Assembly (NCBI GenBank): GCA_013265495.1
Contig: MU058037.1
Coordinates: forward strand, 1,675,498 to 1,739,497
Source: Vicugna vicugna
Lineage: Eukaryota
Direction of reading: 5' to 3'
DNA: 64,000 bases
In this document: positions 1-14,800 of the stretch, one piece after another
Layout of the letters: each line of letters starts with the position of its first letter
How positions within the stretch are numbered: position 1 is the stretch's first letter
Program-made: the position numbers and the translations under genes
Notes under the pieces: model-generated
Database searches by the model: none
Seen by the model: the letters and a program-made list of their open reading frames with translations, nothing else
Told to the model about the DNA's origin: nothing

Positions 1-320
1 CATGTGGAATCTTAAAAAAAGGACACAAATGAACTTCTCTACAAAATGAAACAGACTCACAGACACAGAGAACAAAATTATGGTTACCAGGGGGTAAAGG
101 CAGTGGCAAGAGATAAAATGGGAATTTAAAAACTGCACTTCTTAGGGAGTGATGGAAATGTTAGCTATCTTGATTGTGGTCATGGTTTCATTGGTGTATA
201 TACATCTATCAAAATTCATCAAATTGTACATTTGAAGTAAGTGTAGTTTACTGTACAGGAACCATACCACAATAAAAGTGTTAAAAACATAAAAATACAT
301 TAAAAAATAAAAATTAAAAA
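1..320 (+). mobile_element. L1 3' ends: an artiodactyl/camelid-type 3' UTR piece (1-~125) joined to an older L1M-type terminus with an A-rich tail
   Basis: Motifs 'gaaacagactcacagacacagagaacaaaattatggttacc' and 'gtgatggaaatgttagctatcttgattgtgg...aaaattcatcaaattgtac'. Confidence 0.75.
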
Positions 321-1429
321 AAGAAGAAATGAATACAGTAGATGTAAGGAAAAAGTAGAAAAGCCAGTAAAGACATTATAGTTTCAGAGACAAAACATAG
401 TTCCTGATTCCCAACAGCACAACTCATAGTCTAGTCAACTCAGCTTGCTGATGAGGGATCTCACCTCCTATTTTATAATGGCATGTAGAAGTAAGTCAGA
501 ATTCTTGTTGCTCAGAAATTTACTTTATATTCACTGGAAAACATCTGGTGCATAAATTGAAAGATATTTGCACTTCTAATGCTGATGTATAGCCATGAGG
601 AAGCAACAAAAAGGAAGTTTAATATTTGATATCTTTGGGGAATGTAACCAATCTATTGTTGAATAAACACAGAAAGAATGAATTTAATGTTTTGATTTAT
701 TATTTTTCCCAAGAAAGTGATGCAACGCAACAGTGCTTAAATTCAGAACTACAGAGGGATTAAAACTCAACATATGAAGAGATTTGCCATAGCTCCATGG
801 CTCGGATGTGGCAATAGTCTAGACGTGTTTTCTCTGATGTTATCCTTTTAAGTAAGACTAGGTCAGCAGAGCTTATTCATGGGTCAAAGCCTACAGGTCT
901 AGACTATCTGTAGGTAGCACTGTAATCAATCTTACTTCCTTCTTCAAACTGGCAGAGTGGAGCTCAGCACAAGAGTGGCTCATTTATAAGAAGCCCTGCT
1001 TATGAGACAGACACTTGAGATTTCAAGCTGTGACACCCCCAACTATTACTGTTATAGAAGATGTGGCAAATAGGGGACTTCTAGATCAGATTCCCATCTC
1101 CAAGCCACTTCCACTATACCTTCATGGCCACTCTGACTTGGATCTGGAGACCAGTATGCAAAAACACTGTGGACTCTTACCTCACCCTGAGTACTAGCTT
1201 TTATTTCAGGCATGATTTTTCCGATCTGATTCAGATAAGGGAAAGTGCAATTGCATGTTCTGCTCTGAAATGATTTCTCTTATCTCAGTGCCCACACTAA
1301 GAAGTACAAATCTCTTATCAGGACGTTAAGGTATTTTACCATCTGGCCCTATTCTATTTTTTAAAGTCTAATTTTCTGTCACTGCCTCACACCTACTTTT
1401 GGTAGGAAAATAGTTGACCATTTTTCATG

Positions 1430-1760
1430 CACGTTCTTTATTCTGTGTGCCTGTGTACGTGTTGCTTTTTCTACCTGGAAATCCCTTCCCTCTGTTCCTC
1501 CACCTCTTAAACACATGCTCATCCTCCACTAGACTGTTAAAGATCACCTCTTTTGCAATATGAACCCATTTATCTTAGTCAAAACTACTTACTTTTTCTG
1601 TTTCCTCATAATACTTAGCTCATATTTTTATTTAGGAATTACACTATAACATTGTGATTATTTGTATGTCACTCTCATCCCACTAGGCTTTTCAAGATGG
1701 CAGGAACTAGATTTTACATCTGACACATAGTGTGCTGAATGTACTGATTCTGAAATTGTT
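1430..1760 (+). mobile_element. L2 fragment (approximate)
   Basis: Degenerate L2 3' motifs ('tctacctggaaatcccttccc', 'cactaggct...', 'tctgacacatagtgtgctgaat'). Confidence 0.5.
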
Positions 1761-1804
1761 TAATTATCTATACATTTCTTATTAATCATCATCTCAACAG
1801 TAGA

Positions 1805-2030
1805 TACTACTTACTGAACACCTACTGTGAGCCAGGCACTGAATTTGGCACTATACAAACACAATCTCATTTGCTTTTCATACTACCACGAAGAGGTAGT
1901 TGGTATTATCTCTATTTTAAATAAAAGAACTAAGGCTATGGTGAAATTATTTCCCCCAAATGTCAGTAATTGACTGAGCCAAATTTCAATTCCAGATTAT
2001 TATGTTACAAGACTCATGTTCTTTCTCATT
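1805..2030 (-). mobile_element. MIR fragment
   Basis: 'ttactgaacacctactgtgagccaggcactg...gaggtag...tattatctctatttta'. Confidence 0.6.
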
Positions 2031-2683
2031 GTAGCTCTAGCCCCAATCATGTTAGTGTCATCTTACCTAACATGGAAAAGAAAATCTATATTCTTCTCAG
2101 AATATCTAATGTACTATCAGAAATCTTACAGGATTATTTTCACATTGATTTCTCTTGTCTGACTAGGCAGTGCTCTTTTAACATACAAAAGTAGCAATAT
2201 AATGTACAATATTCAATTTTCATTGAGGCATGTATAAAGAACACTCAAATAAATTGATTATTTTAAAATGGATATTTCTAAAATAGGATTACTTAATATT
2301 TGTGATACTAAAACAAAACTTTTAGAAGGAAATGAATGTCACAACTGATCGTATACAGTTGTATATCCCAAATGTTGCTGTGAAAACTCCCTTGGTGAGC
2401 TCTAACCTAGTTTTTCAAGTAGCTAGATTAAAATGTCACCAATGGAGATAATAAGCTTCTTTAATTTGTAATGTGGCACTGCATAACACATCAAGTTCAA
2501 TGGAGGAAAATAACACATCCAGTTGTTTGAGAATTAGGGGATTCTTTTTGCTTGCATTTAAATTATGTTTTAAAAGGGGGTGGAGAGAAGGAGAAGAAAC
2601 AAAAAAAATTTTTAAGGAAAAATGATTTTAAAAGTCAAGAAAAAAAAAATAAACAGGCAAAGTTTCCCTCCACACCAGTCTTA

Positions 2684-2941
<258 letters not shown>

Positions 2942-5194
2942 CTACAAAGTCACAAGTTAAGTCCATTTCAACTCTGGACTAGTTCTATCACCCACCTTTT
3001 CTCAACCTTTATATGGGCTGCAGCAGGAGAAAAAAATCACTTCCTCATATCTCCAACTGTTAAGTTCCTATTCAAATTTTCCTCAGCAATTACTGGAAAT
3101 CTTTATCTCTCTTCTCAGCAGTTCTCTCTGTTGCCTGTTTCACGAAGTATGCTAATGGGCAGGTTCCCGTACTTCCAAACTTATTTGCACCCCACTCCTT
3201 CTTTCCTCTTTAACCTCATTGCACAGAGAGGTATCCTTCCTGCTATACAAGGCTAATCTTTCCCAACCAATCTAAATAATTATAAGTAAAACTTATAACT
3301 ACCACCTACAAATTTCCTACCTATTGTTCTTAAGAAAACACAACAGAAAATAAATGTTGATCTGTATTGTAAACCATACAAATTTACCATGAAAAAAAAA
3401 TGTGCTTTTGTCAACTGAAATATTAAACACACTATACACTACTTTTATAACACCACGCCTTAAAAAAATCAAAAGGAAGTCTTCAAGTCATTTCTATGAC
3501 ATGTCTCTGACTTTTTCCGTAAGTTATACTGCTTTCTGCCATCTGCAGGGAAAGGAATGAACATAACCGTAGCTCTAGAAAGAGGTTTCAAAAATAATGA
3601 AACATTTACAAAATGATGATAACATTTGAGAGATATTCTAAGGATGAACAAATTTTCAGTAAATCAATGATATTACAGAAGATGGAGTAAAATAAATAAA
3701 TGAATCCACTATAATACAGAAGTAGAAGTAGAATACGCAAATTGTATTTAACGTTCAAAATGTTAAAAACCCACTTAAAATTGATGTTAGAGAATGACTC
3801 TATCCCCACTCCAGACAGTTTTACTTTATATCATTTTATACACAATATATGCGCTCTTATCTAAAAACAGAATACTCTGTGATGTTTACAGCAAAAAATA
3901 AAAATGTAAATGTAAATTCACTAGTTAGACTTCTAGGCCACTCACTATTCACTATGAAGAACAAAGATTGACCTATGAAGGTTTGTGAGGACCTAGGTCC
4001 CACTTCTGCAAAATAAAGTTAGGAAATTAAACATGCATCAGTCCAAAATCCTTTTGCTTACTCATATACATGAATGATAATTCAAGGCAGAAGATCTTAC
4101 TTTTAATCTAGTTTTCAGCCCCCTCATTACACTGACACTACTTTTTTCTAAGATATCCAATGACTGGTAACACCAGATTTAACTGCCCCATTTCCAATCT
4201 CATTCTTCCTAAGCAATTTCTCTATTTCTACTAGCATTTTTCCTAGCCTTAGAGCCATCTTTGATGACTCCTCAATTTAATCTCTTATCCTGTAAGTGAG
4301 AAACAATTTATTCATTCAAAATAGCTCTTGCTCTGTCCTTTCATACTCATGCTGTACAGCCTGCCCTGATTCCTGGTTGCTGTCCTGGCAGCAGTATATC
4401 CAGTCTATCACTGTCAGATCTCTAAAAACACTCTTTGATCATCAAGCCATTACCTGACTCAAAAATTTCAATGATTCCTCCTACCAAAAGGTTAAAACTC
4501 AAAGATCTTTAAAAACTTTTTAACTTCTAAAACTTTCTTTCAGTCCTGGATATGAAGCATTAGTTAGCGTTCAGGTATTAATTGCAACATCTACTAAAGA
4601 CAAAAACAAGCATTTTATCTATAATATAAACAGCTAGAATGCTCATATAATCATATTTTTCTTCTATCTGTAGGATTGTATACAATGATAAATGACTAAG
4701 CAGAAAATAACTCACATTTAAGATCTTGTGGTACTTCCTAAATCGTCTAAAAAAGATAAATTATTCAGTAGCATTTCAGCACTAAGTGAATTTTACTGTA
4801 TTCTAATTACTGGAAAATTGACCAGCCTATGTCAACATATAAGCTACTTAACAGATACGTAGAATATTTAGTAAATCAAATTGCTGAAGTATTCTAGAAA
4901 AACGAGATTTTGCTCTAGAATCTATGTAGTTAAAATTGGCTTAACAATTCCTATATAGTTCAAGATGATATAGCCACGTAAATTCTCAACTTAACTCAGA
5001 GGTGAGCTGGCCATCACTCTTACTTAGTAAGTGTATTCACTCTTTGCTTTGCTTTTTACTGTATTCAACTTTATATTTTGTTCAACCAAAAACTAAGAAA
5101 AAGTTTTCTTCAGAAGCATTTATGCCATTAGATAATTCTAAATTCCAACAAAATTTAGGCAATATCTACTTTAACAAATGGGAAAAAAATGTGA

Positions 5195-5590
5195 ACAAGA
5201 ATAACAAACTGTGCGGTATCCATACCATGGAATACTACCCAGCAATTAAAAAGGAAATACTGATACAGACAACTTGGATGAATCTCAGAGGTATGATGCT
5301 GAATGAAAATGGCCAATCTGAAAGAGGTTACTGGCTGATTTCATTTATATTATATACTGAAAAAGACAACACTAGCAGCAGAAAACAGGTCAGCAGTTGC
5401 CAGAGATTGGGAATATGAAGAGGTTGTGACTTTAGGAGAAGGACGGAGTTTTTTTGTGGTGATGAAACTGTTTTGTGTCTCGTCTGCAGTGTTGGTAACA
5501 TAAATCTATACACGTATTAAAACTCATACAATCATAATGCCCCAAAAGTCAATTTTACTCTTGCTAATTTAAAAAATAAAAAATTTTAAA
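5195..5590 (+). mobile_element. Old L1 (L1MD/ME-like) ORF2 end and 3' UTR
   Basis: 'aacaaactgtgcggtatccataccatggaatactacccagcaattaaaaagg...ttggatgaatctcagagg' followed by an A-rich tail. Confidence 0.8.
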
Positions 5591-7524
5591 AATGCAAATG
5601 AATTACAGGCCACATAACGTTTGGAAAAGACTATAAAAACTAAAATTTTAGTTGAAAAAATTTTCCTTCTGATACCATTTTATCATAATGTTTGACACAA
5701 AAGACCCAGACCAGGGAATAATGCTTCCAGCGACCCATTCAGCAATTACTTAAGTATCTACGAACTTTGGGGCAATATGCATTCATGCATTTAACTACCG
5801 TTGAAAAGACTCCTTTACCCTGCTAATTGGCAGGGCTGATAGGCTATAAACAGAATTCTCTGAGAAGCCAAGTATGATGCAGGGTGTGCAGACTGATGCA
5901 GTGATATCAATCAGAGCCTGTGGTCTCTGGAAGACTTCTTAGAAGGTCAAGCCCCACTATAATGATCATCACCATTTCTACTCCTCTCCTCAGACCTAAT
6001 TATTTGTCTAAAAACTTAATGCTATCTTTAAGACAGAGACTGGAAAAAAAATCTTGACTGAGTGACTAGGTGGTAAGATGTCAATTGTTACAATTTACAA
6101 AACAATTTACCCTTCCTACAATCGGTTTCTGGTTCTTCATCTTAAACCAGAGTAGGTTTTAAATGCCAGGCAACTTTAAAAGGAATCTCAAAGAAATATC
6201 TGCTTTAAAACTCCCCTCTCCTAGAAAACAACCAAAAGAAAATAAAAGGAAGAAAACTTTGTCAGCACTGAAATTAGGAGAGTGCCAACCACATAACAGA
6301 TAGACTAAATATGTAACGTTAAAAAATAAAAAGGTACTAGAAGAAAATTGGGTTTTGTATGAAAGCAAAGCCAAAAACAGGAAAGAATAAGAGATAGATT
6401 TGAGTACATAAAAATTGAGTTTTTGTTATGATATATCAAATCAGAACATTCACAGAAAAGTACTTAAACTATATTCAGTGATATACGACATCAAGACCAA
6501 TGAATGAGGGCAAAGTAATTCACAGATACATTATCAAGTTGCTTTAAACTGCTCAATTTTAAAATACTGATATATGGTAATCTGAGATAGGAGCCTAAAA
6601 ATGCAATAGCACATTAACAAAACAATGTTTGAATGGTTTCATAATTTTGTAATTTTTAACATTTTTGATGCAGAACATGATAAATCAGCTGGACAAGCAG
6701 TTTTCCTCAAAGAGATTTTTGGAACAGACTCCAAATAAACTTATAAATGCTCTTTAAGTAAAGATGAAATAAACTCTATATATTATACACTTATTCTGCA
6801 CTTCGATATTTAAATTTTTTAAACAAAGCCTGAAATGATTTTAATGACAATAAACAAAGACTGCTTGCTATTATCATGGAGCTTCAAGCTATTACATACT
6901 AATGTTTTAGCTAAAACTGAAACTGTTTTTCTCTTTGCAAGTCTTCAAAGTCCTTAACAAAGAATATTTTACTAACAGGAAAACAATTTTTATTATGAAT
7001 CACAGAGCGACACAACATAAGGGATTAGTTGTAAACCTAGGGATTAGTGATGTCTTTAATTATACAGCTTACTAGATAATCATTTGTTGTTTGTTTTATT
7101 TAAGGAAGCTTAAGGACATCTAAGCCTTTCACCTTTTATTCTGGCATTCAAAGACCTCCAAATTCAGGCTCCAAACTATCTTTCAAAAGTATCTCTCATA
7201 CATTCATATATCCTACAGTGCAGCCAAATTGAACAACTCAGCTGTTTCCTTAATATGATTGCAGTTACCCAAAATGTACTTTTCTACATATTTAGTTGTT
7301 GAAATCCTGTCAGGTCTTGGTCATCAAGAATCAGATGGATCTCTCTTCTCTTATTATCTCTGGATTTTACACTTCTGGTACTTATTACCCATGCCTTTTC
7401 TAATAATCTCTGTGTTAGTGTCTTGTCACCCCAAAAGATTATAGAGCTCTGAAGGGTAGATCACTGACTCCTCCACACAGCACTGAGCACAGTAAGCACC
7501 TGATACATATTCAATCATGCCTTC

Positions 7525-8960
7525 ACTGAATAGTTACTGAGGTGATTACTATGTACTTAGGCACTGGAAATTAATGCCAAGCAAAAACTGACATGGTCAT
7601 TGACTTTAGGAACTTCATAGTACAATACTGAAGACAATCATTAATCATTTAATTGCCAAAACAGATGTGTAAATACAAGCTGTGATAACTGTTACAAAGG
7701 AAAAAATACATCATGCTGTGTAAAACCAAAATGGAGACTTACCCTATGCTGAGGAGGAAGTCAGGAATAACTTACTTGAGGAATCAATTACTGTACTATG
7801 ATCTATAAGCTTAAAAATTGTCAACCAGGCAAACAGGAGGAAGAGAGGGAACAATGCAGGCAAAAGAAAGAACATATACAAAGACCCTATGCTATGAAAG
7901 GAACATATTGTACATTCAAAAAACTGGAAGAGGTTTGTGTGGTTAAAATGCAGAGATGACAAAGAGAATGGAGCAGCAAGGGATTAAAGAGGTGGGCCAG
8001 GGTGAGACGATGCAGGGTCTTGTAGGACATATTGAGAATCCTCACCGTGATTCTAAGAGCAATGAGAAGATACTGAAGGGTTTGAAATAGGTAGCATTAA
8101 AAGTATTTTGTGAACATTACTCCAGCTGGAGTATGGTAAATGAATTGGAAGCTGCCAAGAGGGAGGCAGGTTGTGTCACATTTGAAGTAATCTAAGTATG
8201 AAATACTAGTAATTTGCCCTAAGATGATGGCAGAAAAGGAAGAGAAGAGACAGATTAGAAAGAAGATAAAATGTGCTGGACTTGGTGCTGGATTGAATGT
8301 ATGAGGCAGAGGAGGCCATGAGAAGGAAGGTTATGCCTATCTTTCTGGATTACAAAAATGGTGACATTATTCACAGACAATGGAAACACCAAAAGAGAAG
8401 CAGTTGAGGGTAGCTAGTTCTTTTTCTGACACGTTGGGATTCCAGTTCCTTTGAGGCAGCCAGGTAGCAATGCTGAGCAGTCAGTAAGAAATAAAGGTCT
8501 GCTCTGAAGACATATTTGAAAGTCATTGGTGTATAGGTAGAAAATTGAAGCCACAAGTGTTATTGGGACTGACTAGGGAAAATGAGCAGTGTGAAAAGAT
8601 TTAGAACTGAACCTTAAGAAACTCCAGAATGTAAAGACTTGGTAGAGGAAAACTTGCAAAGAAAACTGAGGAAGTACAGCCAGAGAGGAATGAAAAAAGA
8701 ACGAGAAAAGGGTGGTGTCATGAAAGCCAATAGGGGAGCGGGGAGGGAACTGTTTCAATGCTAGCAGTACAGGACTGTGGTAAAAGAAAAGTCTGGGTCA
8801 GATGGCGAGATTCAAAGCCAACTCTGAATTTGACAATTAGATTATCAGTGACTTTAACCAAAGTATCATAATGGTAGAGACAGAAACCAGACAGAGCATG
8901 GAATTCAGGGGTGAGAAAGTAGAGGCCTTGCATGCAGAATATTCCTTTAGGAGATGATAT
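7525..8960 (-). mobile_element. Long L2 fragment
   Basis: Purine-rich on + with typical antisense-L2 motifs ('gcagggtcttgtaggacat', 'ttctaagagcaatgagaag', 'gaagtcattggtgtataggtag'). Confidence 0.75.
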
Positions 8961-9849
8961 GGTATTGGTGATAGAGTGTGGATAGGGAGTTTACCACAGT
9001 GGATCAAAGGGACTATTATTATACCAATTTCAGCCATGAAAGAACTAAAGGATATATGCTAAAAGTAACAAAGGTGAATAATGTCACCATTTATCTATTT
9101 GCGAGATTAGGTAACTCCCTAAATGTACACAGTGGTACTGTGTATGTACTGTGTACATACTGACCGGCAAAAGCAAGGATTAAAACCTAGTCCCTGAGGA
9201 TTCTGAAGTCCAATCTGCTTTGACTACATCAGATCATTTCAAGACTGAAAAAAATAAATCTCAAAAATAAAGTGGATTTATATGCTCGCAAAAAGAAGGG
9301 GGTAAATGGGGCTAGACAGAAACATGTAGTTATTAAAATGAAGAAGGGGTAACATAGGACAGTGGCTAATAAAATCGTACTCTTCGAAACCTACATGGAA
9401 AAATTACTTAAAACTACCAAGAAGTGAATTCCATTCAAGTATACTCTGAAGAATCAAACACAGTGTAAGGTACCTGGTTGGCATTCAATCTGAAGCTGCA
9501 CTCAAATAAGTGAAAGGAGAAACACTGTGAAGTTTTTAGATGTCACTGAAACCAACACACTGGCTGGAGAACTCTTCCTTATGTTCTTCAATGCCATCCT
9601 TCAGTCACCCTCCTTCTACAAACAAGCAGTTGCTCTACAACAAACAGTATACCAACTCTTTTCACAAGGATTCCCAAGAAGACCAAATAAAATAGAAAAA
9701 GGAATGTTGATTTTCTTCTGAGCCTGTTCTCATTTACCCTGTCCTAATTTCTTTTAGAAAATGCTAAGCTAGCAATAGTTTTCCATTATTTCCAAATGGA
9801 AGAGTTGATGCTGATTAACAGTAATTCCTTCCATTTATTTTTTTTTTGT

Positions 9850-10070
9850 GCTGTGTGCCAAGCATGGTTTTTAGTACTTCACAAATATTTTCTCATTTAA
9901 TCCGTAGAACAATCTTATGAATTACATATCATTATCTTCATTTTACAGATAAGAAAATTGAAATTTAGAGATCATGCCCTAGATCCCACAGCTTAATAAT
10001 AAATAGTAAGGCAATGTCTAAAACCAAGTCCATCTGACCCCAAATCCCTACCTTTATAGCCTATGCTAAA
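9850..10070 (-). mobile_element. MIR
   Basis: Core 'ttcattttacagataagaaaattgaaatttagaga'. Confidence 0.7.
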
Positions 10071-10985
10071 TTAGAAGGAATTGGGATTGTCCCCAAAGTG
10101 ATCATCTGTACCATACCAAAAAGACATTATGCCAAAAATATTTTTCCATTTTCCATTTAAAACTTTAAAGACATTGTTTTAAAATCCATTTATTTAAATT
10201 ACACTTTGTATTAAAAGCTGTTTAAATATGTTATTTACACACATACATGCACGCACAACTCAGCAGGATAACACAAATTGAAAGTAGATGAGAAAAAAAT
10301 GACTGAGGGAAAATACAATTAGCCATGAAATAGGAGTCAGAAATAATGGTAATACAAAAAATTCATACCAATGAAGAATATTAGACTTACTAAAGTGAGG
10401 AGGTAGAACATTGGCTATAAATTGTCTAGAAGCCCATAGAGAGGAAAACAGAATTAGGTACACAGTTAAAAACATTCATTAGATAAAACCAAGTCAATTT
10501 CTCAGAGAAGTTCATCTATTCCTAAAAATAAAGCCAGAAAAAAGATTTCTCATTGGAAGAAATCCTTGTGTGGTGTAATGAACTTACAACTTCAAGGACA
10601 CTATGAACAAGAGTGAAAAGGCAATCCACAGAATGTGAGAAAATATTTGCATGATTGACTGCCTTCAATCAACGTCTCCAATACACACCAACTACAGGTT
10701 CCAACTGGTCTTTTACAGCAATGTTGAAATATTTTTCCCCCAAAATTATGTTATATTGTATACCAAGTAGTAACTAGTTATCATGAAGACAGAAAAATAA
10801 TTATATTTACTGGCTAAGTTGAATCATCTTTGGAAAATTGATAGTTTGTCACCAAATGCCTAAAATGTTTTGGGAATACATATTATATACTCATTTAATA
10901 TAATGATAATTTAAAATGAAACACTCCTACTGTCAGACTTATCTTGAAAAGCATATTTACAGAATTAGACTAACAAAGTACAAGT

Positions 10986-12129
10986 CACAGGCAACAAAAG
11001 AAAAAAAAGATGAATTGGACTTCATCAAAATTAAAAACTTTTGTCCATCAAAGGACATTATAAACAAGAGTGAAAAGGCAAGCCACAGAATGGGAGAAAA
11101 TATTTGCAAATCATAATCTGACAAGGGATTAATATCCAGAATATATAAAGAACTCCCCTATAACTCAACAACAAAAAACCCTTGATTTTTAAAATGTCAA
11201 AGGGCTTAATTAAAAACAGATTCCTCCAAGGAAGATATATAGATGCCCAATAAGCACATGAAAAGCTGCTCAACATCACTAATCACTAGGGAAATGTAAA
11301 TCAAAATCACAATGAGATACCCTTACACCTATTAGGATGCCAATGATCCAAACAAACAAACAAACAAAAAACAGAAAATAACAATTGTTGGCAAGGATGT
11401 GGCTAAAGTGGAACCCCTGAACACCATTAGTGGGAATGTAAAATGGTATAACCACTTTAGAAAATGGTTATAGCATAGTAGTTACTTAAAAAATGAAAAA
11501 TAGAACTACCATATGATCCAGCAATTCCACTTCTGAATATATATCCAAAAGAACTGAAAGCAAGGTCTCAAAAAGATACCTGTAAACCCATGTCCATAGT
11601 AGTATTATTCACAATAGCCAAAGGTGAAAGCTCCTCAAGTGTCTATCAACAGACAAATGGACAAACAACATGTGATATATATATTGATACACACACACAA
11701 TGGAATATCATTCAGTCTTAAAAAGGAGGAAAATTCTGTCACATGCTGTAACATGGATGAAATCTGAGGACATTATTCTAAGTGAAATAAATCAGTCACA
11801 AAAGAACACTGTATGATTCCACTTATATGAGGTACCTAGAGTAGTGGAATTCGTAAGGACAGAAAACAGAATGGTAGTTACCAGGGGCTAAGAGAGGGAG
11901 AATGGGGAGCTGGTGTCTAATAGGTACAGAGTTTCAGTTCTGCAAGTTGAGGAGCTCTGTGGATAGATGGTAATGATAGTAGCACAACAATGTGAATGTA
12001 TAAATCACTGAACTGTACACTTAAAAATTGTTAAGATAGTAAATTTGATGTCATGTGTATTTTACAATTTAAAAAATTTGAATGGTAAAAATGGTAAATT
12101 TTATGTTATTTATATTTTACCACAATAAA
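10986..12129 (+). mobile_element. 5'-truncated L1MB-like element (ORF2 C-terminal region plus 3' UTR)
   Basis: ORF2 remnants (ELDFIKIKNFC) and a classic 3' end. Candidate TSD AAAGTACA(A/G)GT at 10975-10985 and 12130-12140. Confidence 0.9.
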
Positions 12130-13024
12130 AAAGTACAGGTTAACTAACAGATTAATCTTAGCCTAAATGTGCTACTTTCAAATTTTAATTAGACTTAAGC
12201 ATTTGGGGAGGTATATGGGTTTATGAAAGCCACACGTATAAGTTACTAATATCTAATTACTAATGCTATGTCCTCGTGTAATCAAATTTCTCTAACACAA
12301 TTTTCCTTTTTATTGACTACAAAGAAACCATCAAAGGCAATGATTAACTAAATTCAGTGAATCTTACACGAAAGTCATCAACATGATATCTCAACCAAGC
12401 TAACTCATCAGGAACAAATAATATGCCTCATCACAATGGGACTTACTATAGCTGCCATCTTTTTTACTATTTTCATCTAATGTCTAAACAATATTGTTAA
12501 GTGTGAAGACATGCCAAAAAGTTTCAGCAATGTGTGAATTTTGAATTTTATAAAAAATTGTATATTAGGTATACCAAGAGGGGAAAAGAACTTTGTATCC
12601 AACTGCCATCCAGATAAATTTTGAAGTAACAGTAGCAGAAAGGATGGATCAGTCATCTTTGAGTGCTGGGGGAGATTTCCTTCTCCAGGGATACCATGCC
12701 CATAAGTAGGAGGGAGCTGTTTGGAGGGGAAATGTGGTGTTGATGTGGGGACAACTCCGAGTCATGTCATCAAAAAGGGTAAAACTAGTTGATCCAACTT
12801 TATTTCAGGTGTTATATCTAATCTCAGCTTAAATCAGCGCCAGGCTTTGCTTAATACTCTTGGTTTCTTTGGATTTAAATCAGCTTCCTAAATCAATAAC
12901 TACTCCTTATACTTCCACCATAGCACAGACCTCTACGCAACCAGCTTGCTGACAAACTAGCCTGCTGAGCTAGGAATCTCTCCCTTCCTGTCCCCAGTAT
13001 CAGGATCCCTCCCAGGTGCTTTTT

Positions 13025-13460
13025 CAATCCCTGATACCAACTTCCATTTATTCATTCAACAGATATTTATCAAATGCCTAGTTATGACCTAGGCATTATT
13101 CTAGGGAGTATGAATAAAAGGTAAGCAGAAAGAGACATGGTCCCTTCCTTAATGGAGCTAACAGTTTACTGGGAAAGAAGCACATTAAAGAACTACACAA
13201 GAAATCCTGGTAAGTAAATCAAAGGGAAAGAAAGGCATCTTTGCATTCTGCTCCAAAAGCCTGTAATAGGGGGATATGATCAAATCCGAGAGCTCAAAGG
13301 TAGGTTTTCTGGGAGAAGTATGGCAAGAACTCAGCCTGGATGAGTATGAGTCAATTGGACAGAAAGGGAGGTAAGAGCATTGGACTCTGGAAACAACAAA
13401 GACTCAGGGTTGGAGACAGGAAGAATGTGAGGCACTGAAAGAAGGCCAACATGACTAAAG
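13025..13460 (-). mobile_element. L2 3' fragment
   Basis: 'catttattcattcaacagatatttatcaaatgcctag...gacatggtcccttcc'. Confidence 0.7.
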
Positions 13461-14724
13461 GTTGTGTTCAGACCCGAGTTCGCAAAAGCTCTCTGGCTTC
13501 AATGTGTAGCACAGTGACTTGTGGCCATTTTGCCTTTTGCCAAAGGATCATCTATGGCAGGAACTTGTCCTCCTGCTCAGTACCTTCACTTCGATGGTTA
13601 CTCCCGCCACGTGAGTTGAAGCATATAGCTTTCCCACACATACCATTTCTTTGCTATTTTATTCCTCCACGCTATCTATACACACAAACACACCCCCAGC
13701 CACCCACCTCTTACTCTCCTCCAGGTAAGAGAAGGTAAAGAAAAGACCTACAAGTAGAACCTACTCCATGTTATTTATAACTATACCCGATGTCTTCTGA
13801 ATAACAACTCAAAAGCAACAGAAAAAATGTGATAAGATGTAGAAAAATCTTTTAAAAATGGTGATTTTTAGAAAAATAGTATGGGAATAGGGAGGTAAAA
13901 AACTACCTTTAGTAGTTACAGCTGATCATTTTAATTCAGACATATGCAACTAATTGAAATAACTTCCACAAAAGAACACTCTAGCATAAAATAACCACAG
14001 AAACAAAAAGTACTATCCACTAGTAAACTTAATCTCAACACATCTCCTATGATCTTTCCCTAATACAAAACAAATCTTACTCAGCATTCCAAATTCACTG
14101 TTTGGAGCCTCCTCCATCGTTAAACACACACACACGTTTCTCCACAATAAATGAGTGACAGCATTATTAACTATTTAATAATTTCACAGGGTCAAGAAAA
14201 AAGAAACTTTTGGTGTTTTAAAATTGTTATGACTTCTAAAACAGGTTCTAAAGTATTAGGCTCAATTTATTTTTCAGTCAAAATTAACTTTCCATCTAAT
14301 GTTTATATCACTTAGTTTTATTGAATATTAAAATTAACATAAAGCTATGAATTTTGGTCTTTTAACAAAAAGTTAAAATGTATTCATAAGGATTTATTTT
14401 CAAGATAAAAAGAATCCTACATTTATCCCACAGTCACTCCTGGGTTGTCTAATAGAAACATAAGTACTGATACTGAATTTTATGTTTTCCTTCATGTATT
14501 AGAATCAATATATAATATACAATTACATTAAAAGCCAAATAATTTTTATTACCTATGATGCAAATTTTACTTTGCCTAGGAAAACAGGCTGTTTGGAGGG
14601 GCTGGCTTTCTCCCCTAAAATTCCTAAGACCTCCTTAAAATACTTCTAACAATTATAACTCAAAACAATGTCAGTTTTCCATTGCTTCTCATACTTCTTG
14701 TGCATACAAAAGATTTGGGCATCT

Positions 14725-14800
14725 GATCAAACTGTAGATTCTGATTCAGTTGGCCTGAGGTGGGGCCTGACATCTTGTGTTTCTAACAAGCTCCCAAGTA
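14725..14800. mobile_element. MER5-like (hAT-Charlie) DNA transposon fragment
   Basis: 'gattctgattcagttggcctgaggtggggcctga...tttctaacaagctccca'. Confidence 0.7.
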
